Positions 1 to 13,694 of a DNA stretch of 64,000 nucleotides are shown piece by piece. The translations under genes were made by a program, and so were the position numbers. Source of the stretch: Eledone cirrhosa (taxonomy: Eukaryota). The notes under the pieces are model-generated. The model was not told the DNA's origin. It made no database searches and saw only the letters and a list, made by a program, of their open reading frames with translations. The first letter of the stretch is position 1; each line of letters starts with the position of its first letter. The DNA is taken from the NCBI GenBank assembly GCA_964016885.1, contig OZ024743.1, positions 7,750,001 to 7,814,000 of the forward strand. The letters run 5' to 3'.

Positions 1-110
1 TTAAACCAAAACTGAATACTAACCAATACTATTACTAATTTTTACTTATTCCTAATTAAACTATTTTTCACTGGGAACAATTTGTCAGCATTTTCTTTTC
101 CTTTTACCAA
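1..110. repeat. Dispersed repeat end abutting (TA)n; second copy at about 63236-63348
   Basis: AAAACTGAATA.TAAC.AATACT.ATTACTAATTT..ACTTATTCCTAATTAAACTATTTTTCACTG.GAA.AATTTGTCAGCATTT.CTTTTCCTTTT is shared by both sites, and both run into (TA)n. Confidence 0.8.
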
Positions 111-127
111 TATATATATAAGTTGTA

Positions 128-234
128 ATAAAATGAAAACGAAATTTCATTTCTCACTCTTAGTACGGCACTTACTTAAATGTAAGTATGTATGTATACG
201 TACATACATATATGTATACAGACGTACAGTAGCA

Positions 235-290
<56 letters not shown>

Positions 291-560
291 CAGGTACACA
301 TACATATATGTACGTATCAGTTTAGCGGACGCTTATTATAACATCCGCTTTGTTCGTTTGTAAACAAACTGAACAGCCTGAATTTATGCCGTACGGTGTT
401 AAGGCAACCACGTCACCTTTTTTGTTCAACACTGACACAGGAACGATGTACTAGTTTCAAGCTTGTTAGCTATCATCAGCACCGTATACCCTTCTGCCAG
501 ATGGTTGAACGTTCGAAAGTATATACTTTCCTTATGAAAATTAACGGCTGAAGCCACACA
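128..560 (-). mobile_element. Hammerhead-bearing repeat (family H3, probable Penelope pLTR); homologous to 34520-35280
   Basis: Shared blocks GAAATTTCATTT.CCACTCTTAGTACGGC, CAGACGTACAGTAG.ATGC, TTTGTTCAACACTGACA.AGGAACG.TGTACTAGTTTCAAGCTT. Confidence 0.7.
443..485 (-). ncRNA. Minimal type I hammerhead ribozyme (family H3)
   Basis: Minus strand reads ACGGUG-CUGAUGA-UAGC(UAACAA)GCUU-GAAA-CUAG-UA-CAUCGU: stem I ACGGUG/CAUCGU, palindromic stem III, GUA cleavage triplet. Confidence 0.8.
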
Positions 561-799
561 TATAACGGGGTAATACCAACCTTTAATAGAAATCAGTACT
601 GCCACCTAGTGACTGATCACAAAAGTAATTCGAGACACAGGATTAGAGCCGTATGAATGCACAGAGAGACATAGGTGCGAGAAAATAGATGTAAATGGAT
701 GCATGTCCAAGCACATATTAAAGTAAAGGTATATGAGGCTTAGTGGGAGATTGCCTGGATACACAATTACGTCACCAACGTAGATAAATGTACACATAG

Positions 800-985
800 T
801 GATTTTAAGCTCCAACGGTGAATGTTATAGTTGATTGAACAATAAGAGGCTAGTTCCTGAAATTTACGTGCAAATGGCTGAACAGTTCACAGACAGGTGT
901 ACCCTTAATGTGCTTCTCTGGGTGGATCAGCGTGACACAGTATATGACAAGGCTGACTCTTTGAATCACAAGTATAACTCATGAA
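800..985 (-). mobile_element. SINE 3' fragment (same family as 44960-45260)
   Basis: CGTGCAAAT...ACAGACA.GTGTACCCTTAA.GTG...CAGCGTGACACAGT...TTTGAATCACAAG matches the reverse complement of about 45085-45200. Confidence 0.6.
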
Positions 986-1520
986 CCGACAGCCTTATGA
1001 TCGATAGCCAAAATCTAAACAACACGTTTTTACCCACCCCCCCGCACACCTACACACATATACACACATACACACACACACACAAACTTACGCTCACGCA
1101 AGAACACTCAGTGATAATAGTAATACGCATAAAAAGTAACAGTAATAATAGCAATAGTAATAAAAACACCAGGGAAGGCAACATGCGTGCGCAGGGACAT
1201 ATATGTACGCATATGTATAGCACACACGCTGTAGACAAAAAGACAAAGATAAAGAGAAAACGATGAAGTAGGGTGGAAGTCAAGTCGAGACGGAGATGAA
1301 CACACAGAGGGCAAAAGTCATTGATAAAGTCACATACGGTGTGATGAAAGAGATTTGACAGTTAGGTAAATAGCCAATTAGCTGATTAACCAACTGATGA
1401 ATGGATTAATTACCCGATTAATCATAAATAAAACTGAAATGAAACTCAATGACCGTCACAATGTATAACAGTGTCTGTTTCAACACATTTCATGAATCTT
1501 GAAAAACATAATCAAACGAA

Positions 1521-1558
<38 letters not shown>

Positions 1559-1559
1559 A

Positions 1560-1691
1560 TTGATTGTTGACGCGCGTTTCGCTGCTGATCAGCTCAAGGT
1601 TCGATCTGGCTTGACTCTGGAATCAAAAGCTGATCAATAGCGAAACGCGCGTCAATAATCAAGAAACGCAATGAAAGCTTAACAAATCGTC

Positions 1692-1693
<2 letters not shown>
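1560..1693 (+). mobile_element. Hammerhead foldback module in (TA)n (GAAA-CGCGCG-UC half ribozyme plus tail)
   Basis: Inverted repeat TTGATTGTTGACGCGCGTTTCGCTGCTGATCAGCT...AGCTGATCAATAGCGAAACGCGCGTCAATAATCAA (1560-1662), then about 30 nt of tail; (TA)n on both sides. Confidence 0.7.
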
Positions 1694-1754
<61 letters not shown>

Positions 1755-2199
1755 CCTGTTAGTTTTTTCGTTGCTTTGGTATTGTGTGTTAGGTTTTGTC
1801 TACCACAATGTTCAATTTGTCAAGCTATTTAAATGTATGTTGTTACTCTAAGGACCTACCCTTATTGAGTGCTTTGCTAACTCATTCATATTGTAGGTCG
1901 ACTTTGCTTGCTCACAGCCAAAGCTTCGATTTTACTAAGCTTCCACATATATATATATATACATATACACACACTCACACATATAAAGAGAGAGAGAGAG
2001 AGGAGGTGAAAGAGAGTTAGAGTGGGAGAGAACGATTGTATGATTGCGAGTCTCTGTGTATTTAAGAGTATGTTAAACATTCATACCAGTGAAATATTCT
2101 TATTGATGAGCTAGCATTGAAAATTCCTTGCGTAAATTGTTCAAGTTTTGGGATTAGCTAAGGAAGTCGATGTGAATTAACAAAGGCTGACGGTGACGT

Positions 2200-2474
2200 T
2201 AATATTTTAATATTTGCTCGATTTTGCAGAAAGAATCGCTGAACCCTGGTATAGAACCCCTTGAGCAAGATGGTTGGGTAATATCCATGAGCTCGGCTGG
2301 TCTCGCTTGGGAAACTAGCCGGGTCAATTGGAGTCTGTTGCTTCTGACAGGACCCTGTTGCGTCTGACAGGACCCTCTGGAAAGCGTGTATGAGGTCTCT
2401 GCCCCCATAACCCTCCCGGGAATAAGTGGCTGAAGAAGAAGAAGAAGAAGAAGAAGAAGAAGAAGAAGAAGAAG

Positions 2475-2504
<30 letters not shown>
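2200..2504 (+). mobile_element. RTE-clade LINE 3' end with (GAA)n tail
   Basis: Translates as ...ARWLGNIHELGWSRLG..., matching the RTE C-terminal RPRTRW.D....L.W.RLG pattern; ends in (GAA)n; same family as 31055-31300 and 33255-33672. Confidence 0.75.
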
Positions 2505-2506
<2 letters not shown>

Positions 2507-3180
2507 TATATAGAACGGGATATTATGACATCATGACAACCAGTATTTCTCTATTAATGACCTAACTGCAGCGATAAAAACAGCGACATCAATTTTTCTC
2601 ATCGAAGTTATACAATATAAGCTACCTAAATTTGACATATTCAGACAGCGAAACTATTTGTATGTATACAATTTATGCAATACGCTCCCCGCAAACATTT
2701 TTCCTGTTGTAGCAACTCATTTTTTCCATTTCAAAAACATCTCACAAATAATTTTTCTAATCATTTAAGAAACAAATTTTGAGGAGAATCTTCGATGGAC
2801 AATCAACATAAACTCATATGATATTCTTTTTCAATTTATATAAAGATTAATTACATAACAACCAAATATTTATGGAACATTGCTCAAATGCAAAGGGATA
2901 TTTTGATACTGAGAGATATAGACAAACAAAATACTCAAATAGGAACGAAAATAACAAACAAATGACTGATCAGTACTTTAAATATAACTGAATAGTTAAA
3001 AAAATCCAGATATCAATATTAAAGAAACATTCATTGACAATCACTGAAATATAAGTAAGGATATGCTTAAGAAATATATGATCTAAAGCACTCAAACAAT
3101 AACATGATATAGAAACAAAAAATAAAATGAAAAACAGGGAAAAGCAGAGCAATAAAAAATGGTATTGACCAAAGGAATAA

Positions 3181-3390
3181 TGGTTTCTTATATAGGCACA
3201 AGGCCAGTAAACTTGGGGTAGGAGAAAGTCGATTAAATCGACCCCAGTGCGTGACTGGTACTTTATTTTAAGGATTAAAGGCAAAGTTAAACTCGGCGGG
3301 ATTCGAACTCAGGTCATAAAGGGCCGTAACTCTATGCGTCAAAGCATGTCGTCCAACCCTCTACCGATACTGCCAATCGACCGCCCTATT
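3181..3390 (-). mobile_element. tRNA-derived SINE (dominant family S1)
   Basis: On minus: GGGCGG..GATTGGCAGTATCGG (A box), GAGTTCGAATCC (B box), core ...AAAATAAAGTACCAG, end GGCCTTGTGCC..AGAAAC.ATTATT. Confidence 0.85.
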
Positions 3391-3758
3391 GAGCAAAAGA
3401 ATAATAAAACAAAAAGAGCCCCCGCCCCCACAAATTGCAAAGAAAAAATAAAGATATGAAAGACAAGAGGAATAATGACTAATTAGTAAAGGAATTTAAT
3501 AGCTACTAAAAATAATCAATCGCTGTAGTGTATCGAATTGTATCTAGACTCGGTTGTTGTGGCTAACCTATGAATTACCTCTAAGTAAAAGGAAGAGAAA
3601 ACTAAAACTTATTAGAATATAACATATTTATACGACCAATGGAAGAGTAATACTACCGACTAGTTTTAATATAGATAAAGGTTTTGATATTTAAGAGTTA
3701 GAAAAATAACAAACACGCACATAGATACATCCAAACACGCACGCGCGCGCGTGTGCAC

Positions 3759-3876
<118 letters not shown>

Positions 3877-5194
3877 GCATGTTATATATTGATATATATA
3901 TACTTTAAGAAATGAAAGACTCCCCACACACATAACACACATACACACAAGAATATTTAAGGAGAGGATATTACAGGAGAATTTATTTAATATGAGACAC
4001 TGTATTTAATATAATACATGTCACGTGGCTCAATGTTCTCTTGGATAAGACATTAGTCAATCGCAATTATCATTCCCAGATGATCAGGTATATATTGTTG
4101 GCGGCTAGTTGACAATCTATGTATTTTCAACAGGAGATAAGGATTCTCTCTAGTATCTACAAAATAGCGAATCAAAACTAACTTACACATGTAGTCAAAT
4201 ATTTTATCCTCTCTGACCATCTCACCTTCTCAATATACTTAATGAAAAGAAAGCACATTTTCTGTCTGAGTATTGAGGTAAAGTTTCAAAAAAAAAAAAA
4301 AAATGGGATAAATAATGAACCCCCGGCATTGTTAAGAACAAAGAATATTACGATACAATTATAATTCAACCACCTAATATATGATGCTGGACGAACAAAT
4401 TTATCCAAATAGAAAATTAACCCGACATATATTTTAAACCAGCTTTTAAGAAATTTTATATTCTAAACTTTATAAGCCCAGAGTGTCTAAAAATAGGTAC
4501 ATAGCAGCAGCACAGAAACTACCAACAAGAAAGTACATGAAAATGTAAATAAATAACTGGTAATAACAGCATATGGAGACCTTTACTCTAAGATATATAT
4601 CATTGATTAAGTTTTACCAAGATATTCATCACATCCGTATTGCATACAAGACCTTGTTACTTTTCCAGAAAATAGACACAGGAAATTTTTAAGAAGCTCC
4701 TCTAGCATTTTTTATTAGTAAACCAATCACGCATTTTTGTTTCGATGAAACAAGTTAGTTTGATATTAAACTGTGTACCAAAAATCAAGTTTCCTGATGA
4801 AACAACAAATGCTCATATTTAGAAAAATATATAAAGCCTTAGAAATATAATGCAACTGACATAATGCAGTATATCGATATAAAGCATGATATAGGATAAT
4901 TATGATTACATTACTATCAGATATGCAGAAACTTTCACATGCGTCAATACTTTACACATGCGTCTATGGACGACTAAAAGTAGATGGGCAAGAGAGGAGA
5001 ATGAAGAAGTCATGACACCATTCTACACACCATTGAACCTACTAGGACGTGATCAAACTGAATTGTGTTTTAATATTTGGAGAGAAATGATAGGAGACGA
5101 CACCTGTGATTATATTGATGCAAACAAGCCAGCGTACACAGAGATATCATTTGTAACAACTGTCGAACACACTTATTTCTAAGCCACGAGAAAG

Positions 5195-6300
5195 TCTTGA
5201 CTGTGTCAGAATCTATCAAAATAGATCATGGAATATTTCAGGGTGATTCACTTCCCCTCTTCTCTTCTGTATTTCCTTCATTCCCTTGTCCTAAGAGTTG
5301 AATAGAACAAATTACGATTACAAAATATGCAGACGATGACAAAGATCTGAAAGGGCTACTGGTAACAGTGAAGAAATTCAGTGATGATATCAACATGGAA
5401 GTTGGCCTAGATAAGTGTGCAAAAGCTACATATAAACGCGAGAAATAAACAACTATTACCTCGATCCAACGTAATAATGATAAAACAATTAAGTATCTGG
5501 ATCAAGAAGGCTTTTATAAGTATATATAAGACGTGTTAGAATTGTCTTGAATACTGAGCTGAGCTCCCAGAAAAGAACTGACGCTATAAATCCCCTGGCT
5601 GTACCTGTTGTCCAGTATAGCATTAACGCCATCAATTGGAATTTGTGTGAGTTCCAACGTATGGACATAACGACTAGGAGATTGGTGACATTAGATAGGA
5701 TGTATCACCCAGACGTTCGAAAGCTCTATCTTCCACGAAAGGAGGGCGGTAGAGGCCTAATTTAACATGAAACGTCCTATAAAACTACCACGATAGGACT
5801 CCAAATTTACATCCAAAGTAACACCAATTGGAAGATACAGTTGGTAGGACAACACAAACAGGGTAAGAAACTTCACTCAGTAACAAAGGAGGCATATAAA
5901 TACAGACGAGAGCTCAACCTCTCTGATCATAAATATGGGAACGGGGACATACCACCCACTAAGATGAAAAAGGAAATAGGTGGAAAGATATTGCATGGCT
6001 AATTTGAACGAAAGTTCTTGTGATTGGCTCTAAAAACGGAGACAGAAACAGTGTTGATCTCAACCTTTGAGTACTAAGTCAATAACTATAGGGGTATATT
6101 ATCTTGGTGTCATCATAAAATGCAGTTGGTATGAAATACAGAAAATGTCAGTTACATAGTGAGTGCATGCAAAAGGAGTATAAAAGAAGGCCTGGTTGGA
6201 GACTTTCCTGGTGGTGGGGTACACAATAAAAGAACTGGTAGTTGCACAATCTCATAAACGCAAATCTTATGAAAATGATGACGAAAAGAAATATGAATTC
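5195..6300 (+). mobile_element. Decayed R4/Dong-like (RLE) non-LTR retrotransposon, RT fragment
   Basis: GIFQGDSL(S)PLLFCISFIPLS at about 5230; KFSDDINMEVGLDKCAK; AINPLAVPVVQYS...LYLPRKEGGRGLI (ORF 5547-5765); many stops and frameshifts. Confidence 0.8.
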
Positions 6301-6479
6301 AAACTGCTATGAGAGTAGGACTCTTGATGGGAGTCTGTAGGAGGTAACCGGAGCTGAAGCCGTCGGGCAAGGCAAGTGTGACACGAGTGTAGCTGTTAAC
6401 AGCTCACCTCAGAGGGTACAGGCATCTACAGGCCCTCTATGCAACTGTACCACAAAATAATCCATAGAAAAGTAAAACG

Positions 6480-8765
6480 ACGCAGTGAAACCGGAGGCAG
6501 GAGGAAATGTAGCAAATAAAATAAAATGGCAATGAAGTGTCACATTCTTGCGAAAGAGGGAGGAGTATTTGATGTTGGTGAACTGGTGCTTCAGCATTGG
6601 AAAAGGTTTGGAATGTTTGAAATCAATGTGAACAATCTGATGGGACAGATAAGGAAAATGAGGCGGAGTAATTGGCTCACTAAGGTTGAATTAGAAGCCC
6701 TGGAAGTTCAAAGTATGAAATATTAATGCTGAACGTAACTTAGATAATACGAATGTGGAAAGTGGGAAACAGAGATCAGAACGAAAATGAATCAAGCGAG
6801 GAAGAATTATCCTACCAAACTGGAGAAAATGATGAACCACTAAATGTGGAGAGACTGGAAAATAAGTGACTGATGATGTACAGTTTGAAAGTGTGAAGAA
6901 AATGAAAATGAAGTAAAGGAAGAAACAAGACTGATCATCAAAAAGATTGAGAGACCTGTTTAATGATCCTGGATTTAATAATACGCCGCTGAATCTTCGG
7001 TATATATAGATAAGTCGTTTCGCAAGTGAAACAGCCAAAGTAAACCATACAATAATGTATATAGAGACGAATGGTATAACCGACTTGAGAAAGTTAATGA
7101 GCGTTGCAGTGTTTCTGGTGGATGAGCGATTAATTGTTAAGCAAACTGAAAGGAAGTATTGGCAGGAATCTTGGTGGAACATAAGACTGAAAGTTGATAT
7201 AACTCAGCTCAGAAAAGATCTAGGAAAATAGATGCATGGCATAGAGGAAAATGGAAGACCAAAGTAGGGGAGAATCAACGCATAAAAATGAGGTATAAAA
7301 TAAGTTGAAAGTTTGAATGTAATGAAATATAAGAAGAGGAATATTTCAAAGAAATACCTTCTTACCATTGCTCTTTGTGATTGCCATGATTCCATTATCG
7401 ATGGTCTTACGGATATAGATATTGACCACCAGATGGAAAACAGAGGACCTAAGATCAATCATCTACTTTTCATGGGTGATCTGAACTCTTTGGCAGGAAT
7501 TAATCTCAGACTGGCTAACTGGTCAAAACTGTCCATTGGTGTTGCGGGGAAAGTGTGTTATCTTAAATATTAATAGAAGTAGGCATGTACATAGTGGTGG
7601 GATTGAGTTACCCGATGGTGAGTCGATTGGTGACCCTGAGGATAGTGGGCAATTTGGAGCTTGACAAATTTCTAAATGAAAAGATGAAAGGAAATATGAA
7701 GGAAATCTATCTAAATAGGTTAGAACTGCTACTGAAAACGAAATTGGATGGAAAGAACTTAATTACTGCTATCAATGTCTGGGCTGTGCCACTTATTAGA
7801 TATAATGTGGCTATTTTGAATTGCTCCAAAGACGAAATAGAGAAGTTGGATATGTTAACGCGTAAGAAAATGGTTGACAAAGGTGCAAAGGTAAATGCCA
7901 TCAGGCTCTGTACAACACGGAAAGCAGGCGGCCAAGGACTTGTAAGATAATTTGAAATAGAAACGAAGGAAGTAAAAGTAGAATCTTCATGGAATTGGTT
8001 GACAAAAGGTGATTTTAAAAGAGAGACAGAAAATTTATTATTAGCTGCTCAAGATCAAGCACTAAATACAAACTCGATAAAGAATATGTATAACTCAGAT
8101 GAAAAAAAGAAGTGTAGGTTATGTGGGAAGTAGGTGGAAAATGTGACACACATCGTGAGTGCCTGTGACATGCTTGTGCAGAAGGATTTTAAAAGGCGTT
8201 ACGATAAAGTGTGCATACACCTCCATTGGTGTTTATACAATAAATATGGGTGTGCAACCACTGAAAAATGATATCGGCACAAGCCAGAAGGGGTCCTAGT
8301 AAATCAGACTATAAAACTCTTGTGGGATGTTATACTCCAGACACACAGAGTTCTTGAAATACAAGGCCAGACATAACTTTGGTGGAGAAAGGTACTGAAA
8401 GATGTTTGTTGATTGATGTAGCCTGCCTAGGAGACCATTGCATCAATGGTAAAGAAAATGAGAAAATTGCAGGGCATGCAGACTTGAGAATAGATGTCGA
8501 GAGAATGTGGAATATGAAAGCAATTGTGATTGGAAAATGTGGGTTGGTGACAGAAAACCTTCAGAAAAAACCTTGATAGAATTGGAATCAGCCCCAGCAT
8601 TACGACATTGCAGAAAAATCACTTTTGGGAACAGAAAATATCCCGCGGAAAGTACTGTCTATTTGAGGTTACATAACTTGACAGAGTCAATTAAATGATC
8701 CAGTGTTAATAAGATTCTCCCTGTGCACATGAATAACAATAATAATAATAACAATAATAATAATG
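6480..8765 (+). mobile_element. Decayed, internally deleted R4/Dong-like non-LTR element (RT, Zn knuckle, RLE) with (TAA)n tail
   Basis: INHLLFMGDL (RT motif C); AINVWAVPLIRY; ETENLLLAAQDQALNT; KCRLCGK.VENVTHIVSAC; PDITLVEK...CLLIDVACLGD (RLE); ends in AATAATAAT. Confidence 0.85.
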
Positions 8766-8869
8766 TTTCTATTTGTTATAGAGACAATGTTACATAAACA
8801 AATTACAGAAAAAATCGAATGAAAAAATGGAGATGTAAATGCAAGTGTACAGAGTATACAAAATGTAAT

Positions 8870-9056
8870 AATTGTTTCTACTTTTGGCACAAGGCCAGCA
8901 ATTATTCCAGGGTATTACTGGTACTTTATTTTATCGACCCCATAAGGATGAAAGGCAAAGTTAACCTCAAAGTTTGAACTCAGATCATAAAGGGCTGTAA
9001 CTCTTTGCTGAAAAGCATGGCGTCCGACTCTCTACCGATACTGCCAATCCGTCCCT
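8870..9056 (-). mobile_element. SINE S1
   Basis: GGCACAAGGCCAGCAATT...ATCGACCCCATAAGGATGAAAGGCAAAGTTAACCTC...CTGCCAATCC. Confidence 0.85.
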
Positions 9057-10759
9057 AGAATAGATTTGTCAGCCATGGCCAATCAAGGCGACTCCAAAGA
9101 TCCTTTATTATCCCGACTTCCTATTGTAATTGTTCTCTCCCAACTGACATCCCTGGGTTTAGAGGTTATTGTTGAGAATAGGCCTATTCACTCTCACCCT
9201 CTTAACCACTTTCATCAATTTTCAACAGATTTCTCCAGAAATCGTATGAATCACTGGAAGACAGACCAATTGTTACGACTACACATACAATAAACGACAC
9301 CACAAAAATGGTGAAAATGGTACAGAATCCATTACACAAGGCACAAATAATGCATTACAAAAAAATGTTTTTTTAAATGGAGACGTAAAGAAAAAAGAAC
9401 TAAGATTCAAAATGATGAAGAAGGCTGTAGTAGTCCTCATAGGAATATTCAATCAAATATTCACCCATAAGAAACATATAGCCTCGGTCCAACACTTCAA
9501 AACACACAATAAAATCACACAACAGCACAATTAGATTTAATATTGAGGAAGTTCTAACAGAAACAATAAACACAATAGAAGAGAACATAACGAAATTGAT
9601 GAACAAGGACCAACGAAAATATCTGTACAAGCTACATACGAAAAATTAGCTCTACGAAATAGTAAGTATAGTCTGTCAACGGAAACAAACTATTCACTTA
9701 ACAACAAACTAAATAATCTAATCTATTCAATAGCAGTTGTAGAATCGAGGTAAACAGTGTTTGCTACTAACAAAGTAAAGCTCTTTTAAGCATTCCTACC
9801 GCACAAACAACAGAAGCAAAATATACTTCATAAGATTGAAATAAAAGGAATCAGGACTCAAAGCTGATCCAGGATAATCATCCAGATATAAAGGAATAAA
9901 CAAAACAAAACAAGAATGATACCCTAAAAAGAAAAAAAAAAACGAACTTAAATGAATAAAAAGTAAAAAAGTATATAATTAAAAACGATGAAACAAAAAA
10001 GCTTAAACAAATTGTATCAGCAAAAGTTTACAGAATAAAACGCTTTGAAAAAACGCGAACGTTTATTTCTGATTTCATATATAACCAGCAATGGTTATTT
10101 TATGCTAAATTTAAACAATAAACATCCCTATACAGATGACTTCAGCTAAACGAAACAATTAAGTGATAAAACCTACTAAATATTGTTAATAAAACCTGCA
10201 AAGACATATAATTATGTGAAAGGTTTGACAAATGTGTGACTGAACCCATTCATACATATAATACATATAGAGGAACAGACAAAATACAACACGCAGAAAT
10301 GAAGATGTAAACTAGAAAAGAGTATTACATAGACTTAGTCTCATAAAAAAAAAACAACTGAATAAGAATAGATATTTCTCTTATAAATAGAACTATCCAT
10401 ACTAGAAAATTTAGGATTAAAGAATCGACATATATAAAGTAGGAAACTACTATCAACGTTCTGATACCTTCAGCCACCATTCCAAAGCTTATATACGTAG
10501 AATACACTTATCCTATCCATAGAGTAGACAAGATATGATACAAATAGAAAAAAGTACTACAGAGTGATTTTCTCGTGGGTCCACGAAAATACGTTGAAGG
10601 AAGCAAAGGAAATCTGATTAATAAGGAAACGAAGAAAACAAAATACTTTTCTTTATATATAAAGAAACAATAACCGGAGAGAATCTATAACGAAGAAACT
10701 TATTTAGATGAGTGAGAAACAACAGAGGAGTTAAAAGATCAAAAGAAAAACTCAAAATA

Positions 10760-11590
10760 GAATTCTAAAATATATTGAAGAAAAAATGGACGATAATATC
10801 ACTTCATGGCTAATACACTGAAAGGAAGTAAACCAGAGTTAAAGTCAACAGTGGCTCAAATGTTCTGGGTTAAAGTCAAAGAGAGAAAGTTTGATTCTAA
10901 CTGTACAGGATCAATGCCTAATTAAAAATAATTTCAAAAATATAATAATTAAAAAACAACATCAAATGTAGACTATGCAAATAATGCAATGAAACAAACG
11001 ATTATATCTATTCTGCCTGTTTAACCCTTGCGAGCTCGAGTATATTAACAGACATGATCGTGTCGACAGCTATGTCCACTGAGGAATATGCCGACGCTTC
11101 AATGTAAAAGCAGAAAAGACGTGGTATAAAAGGTACCAAACATGATACATAACAAACTGGCTAAAATCACCTGGGATATACCTGTCCAGACAGATCAAGG
11201 CTAATCGTCCAGTTATTAAAAAATCAAACAAACAAAACCCGATAAAAAAGATGCTTGCAGTCTTATAGGCATTTGACAAAATCATTGCCCGCAAAGAGGT
11301 GGAGAAACTGTCAACATAAAAGGATATTGAAATTGAAATAAATAAATGTGTAGGTAAAAACCGCACTAGATGTGATAAAGACATGTTCACGGTTCACAAC
11401 GTTATACACTGTAAAAGATAGTTCTGCTATGACGGCGTACTTTCACCTCACTATTGAGGTCTATATGAAGAAGATGGTACTGGATGATGCTGGAGACGAG
11501 AAAAGAGACTAGATTAACTACAAGAAGGCTTTTGACTTAATCCCATATGGCTGACTTATGAAAATGCAGCAAGTACATAAATTTGTGCAA
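10760..11590 (+). mobile_element. Highly decayed R4/Dong-like fragments
   Basis: KCRLCK..ETNDYI...ACLTLAS.EYINRHDRV-like Zn knuckle at about 10965-11065; INYKKAFDLIPYG (RT) at about 11515; (TAA)n at 11857-11891. Confidence 0.6.
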
Positions 11591-11856
11591 CACAAACAAT
11601 ACGTTCTCTGCATACAACACATATCTCATAACATAAACGCCCAACAATATAACACAAATCACATTGCACATAGTCAACACGTCATGCGAAACACACAAAA
11701 TAACAGCAAAAATAATAAATCGAAATCTACAACTATGCAAGACTGATAAAAATTACGAATTCCTGAAATATAATGTAACATATACACCACAAAAAGACGG
11801 CGATGTACCGGTTGGTGCAGTAAAAGCTCAAAACTGTTGAAAACCTGACGATGAAG

Positions 11857-11889
<33 letters not shown>

Positions 11890-11891
<2 letters not shown>

Positions 11892-12485
11892 TGTTTCTAA
11901 TTTAAGCACAAGGCTAGCAATTTGAAGGGGGAGAGGAAAGTCGGTTAAATCGACTCCAGTGCGTGACTTTGTTTTATTTTATCGACCCCGTAAGGATGAA
12001 AGGCAAAGCTAATCTCGGAGGGATTTGAACTCAGAACGTAAAGGCCTGTAACTCTATGCCACTAAGCATGGTGTCCGACGTTCTACCGATTCTGTCAGTC
12101 CACCACCCTAATAATAATGCTTTCTTATATAGGCACAAGGCCAGCAATTTTGGGGGAGAGGAAAGTCGATTAAATCGACCCTAGTGCGTGACTGAGTACT
12201 TTATTTTATCGACCTTGTAAGGATGAAAGGCAAAGTTAACCTCGGCGCGATTTGAACTCAGAACGTAAAGGCCCATAACTCTATGCTGCAAAGCATGGTA
12301 TCTGACGCTCTACCGATACTGCCAATTTTCAAGTCCAACAATTTGGGTGAAGAAGAAAATTGATTATATCGGCCCTAGTACTTGATCAGCACATTTTTTA
12401 ATCGATCCTAAAAGGATAGAACGCAAAGTTGACTTCGATGGGATTTGAATTAAGAAAGTATAGAACCGGAAGAAATACTGCAAAT
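11890..12485 (-). mobile_element. Three tandem S1 SINE copies
   Basis: Copies at about 11890-12110, 12118-12325 and 12330-12485 (decayed), each carrying the ATCGACC..TAAGGATGAAAGGCAAAG core. Confidence 0.8.
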
Positions 12486-12492
12486 CTCCAGA

Positions 12493-12540
<48 letters not shown>

Positions 12541-12929
12541 ACTGCTACTACTACTACTACTACTACATCCTCAGAAACTGAAAAACGTTGTGGAATTGGC
12601 AACATCTAAAACTGTTGATTGTCACTTCATGTGTTGCATTGTTAGGCAACGATCAGCTTTATCAGGCTTAATAAGGACCTAGAGCCTTTATGGCTCTTTA
12701 CAACGATGATCCTTCTCATCTAAAAGAACCAATAGATGACCTAACTATTGCCCGGGCACTTGTCTGCATAATAGTATCTAAAAGGATAAATGGATATTTA
12801 CAAAAATAACAACAAATACAAAACAAAAACAAATAAACACCACAAATGAAACAACAATATAAAAGAAAAATAACAAAAAAATAACAACAAAATATGATGT
12901 AATTCCTGTAGAGCAGAAGGGTTGGATGT

Positions 12930-13075
12930 ATGCCGAGGTCCTTTGAGGCAATAGACTAGGTCTATGTGAAGAAGATGCAAGATACGAGAAAAGAGACTAG
13001 ATCAACTAGAAAAAGGCTTTTGATTTAATCCCATATGGCTGACTTATGAAAATGTAGTAAGTACATAAATTTGAG
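12930..13075 (+). mobile_element. R4-like RT fragment duplicating 11455-11585
   Basis: GAGAAAAGAGACTAGAT.AACTA.AA.AAGGCTTTTGA.TTAATCCCATATGGCTGACTTATGAAAATG is present at both sites. Confidence 0.7.
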
Positions 13076-13694
13076 GTCTAACTAATTTTAGACGATACAT
13101 TTTTGAAGTAAAAAAAAATATCAGAAACCAAAACAAAAAAAAAAGAATCCCTTTAAAAATACATAGCGAAAACAAGTAAAGTAATACAAATAAATACATA
13201 AATAAATAAACACATAAATAAATAAACCCCCAATGGAAACGTAAGGCACGAAGATAGACGAAACAGGTGTAAAATGAAGTAAATAACAAAACGCAACGAA
13301 ACTAAACCCTACACATACAGAATGCCGACAAACAAAAGCTTGAATAACACAACTAAAAATATTAATCATAAATAAAAAGTATATTTAAGAAGAGGAAATC
13401 TTAAATGTGGAAATCATGAAAATAATAACTAGAAGTGGAAATATTTAAGTATTAGAAATGAAATTTCCCTGTGCTCTATTGATTGTGCCTTCCCCCAAAG
13501 AAAATAATGTTAAAATAGCAACAACAAAAAAGTGGAATCCCAGCTTTCACAGACTTAATGAGAACAAATACGAACATCAGTATAACTATCTTAAAAGATA
13601 TCTTATATATGCAGCAGCTACACTGGATAGAAAGAAAAGTAATGCTCACCCCCAGATATACTCATATGGTATGGGAAGGTCCCGTAACTCCTGA

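Noticed and set aside
1390-1430. CTGATGA followed by a GATTAAT/ATTAATC hairpin
   Set aside because: The GAAA core, stem III and stem I partner are absent
3290-3390. A/B-box sequences as tRNA genes
   Set aside because: They are SINE heads fused to SINE cores, and no cloverleaf is evident
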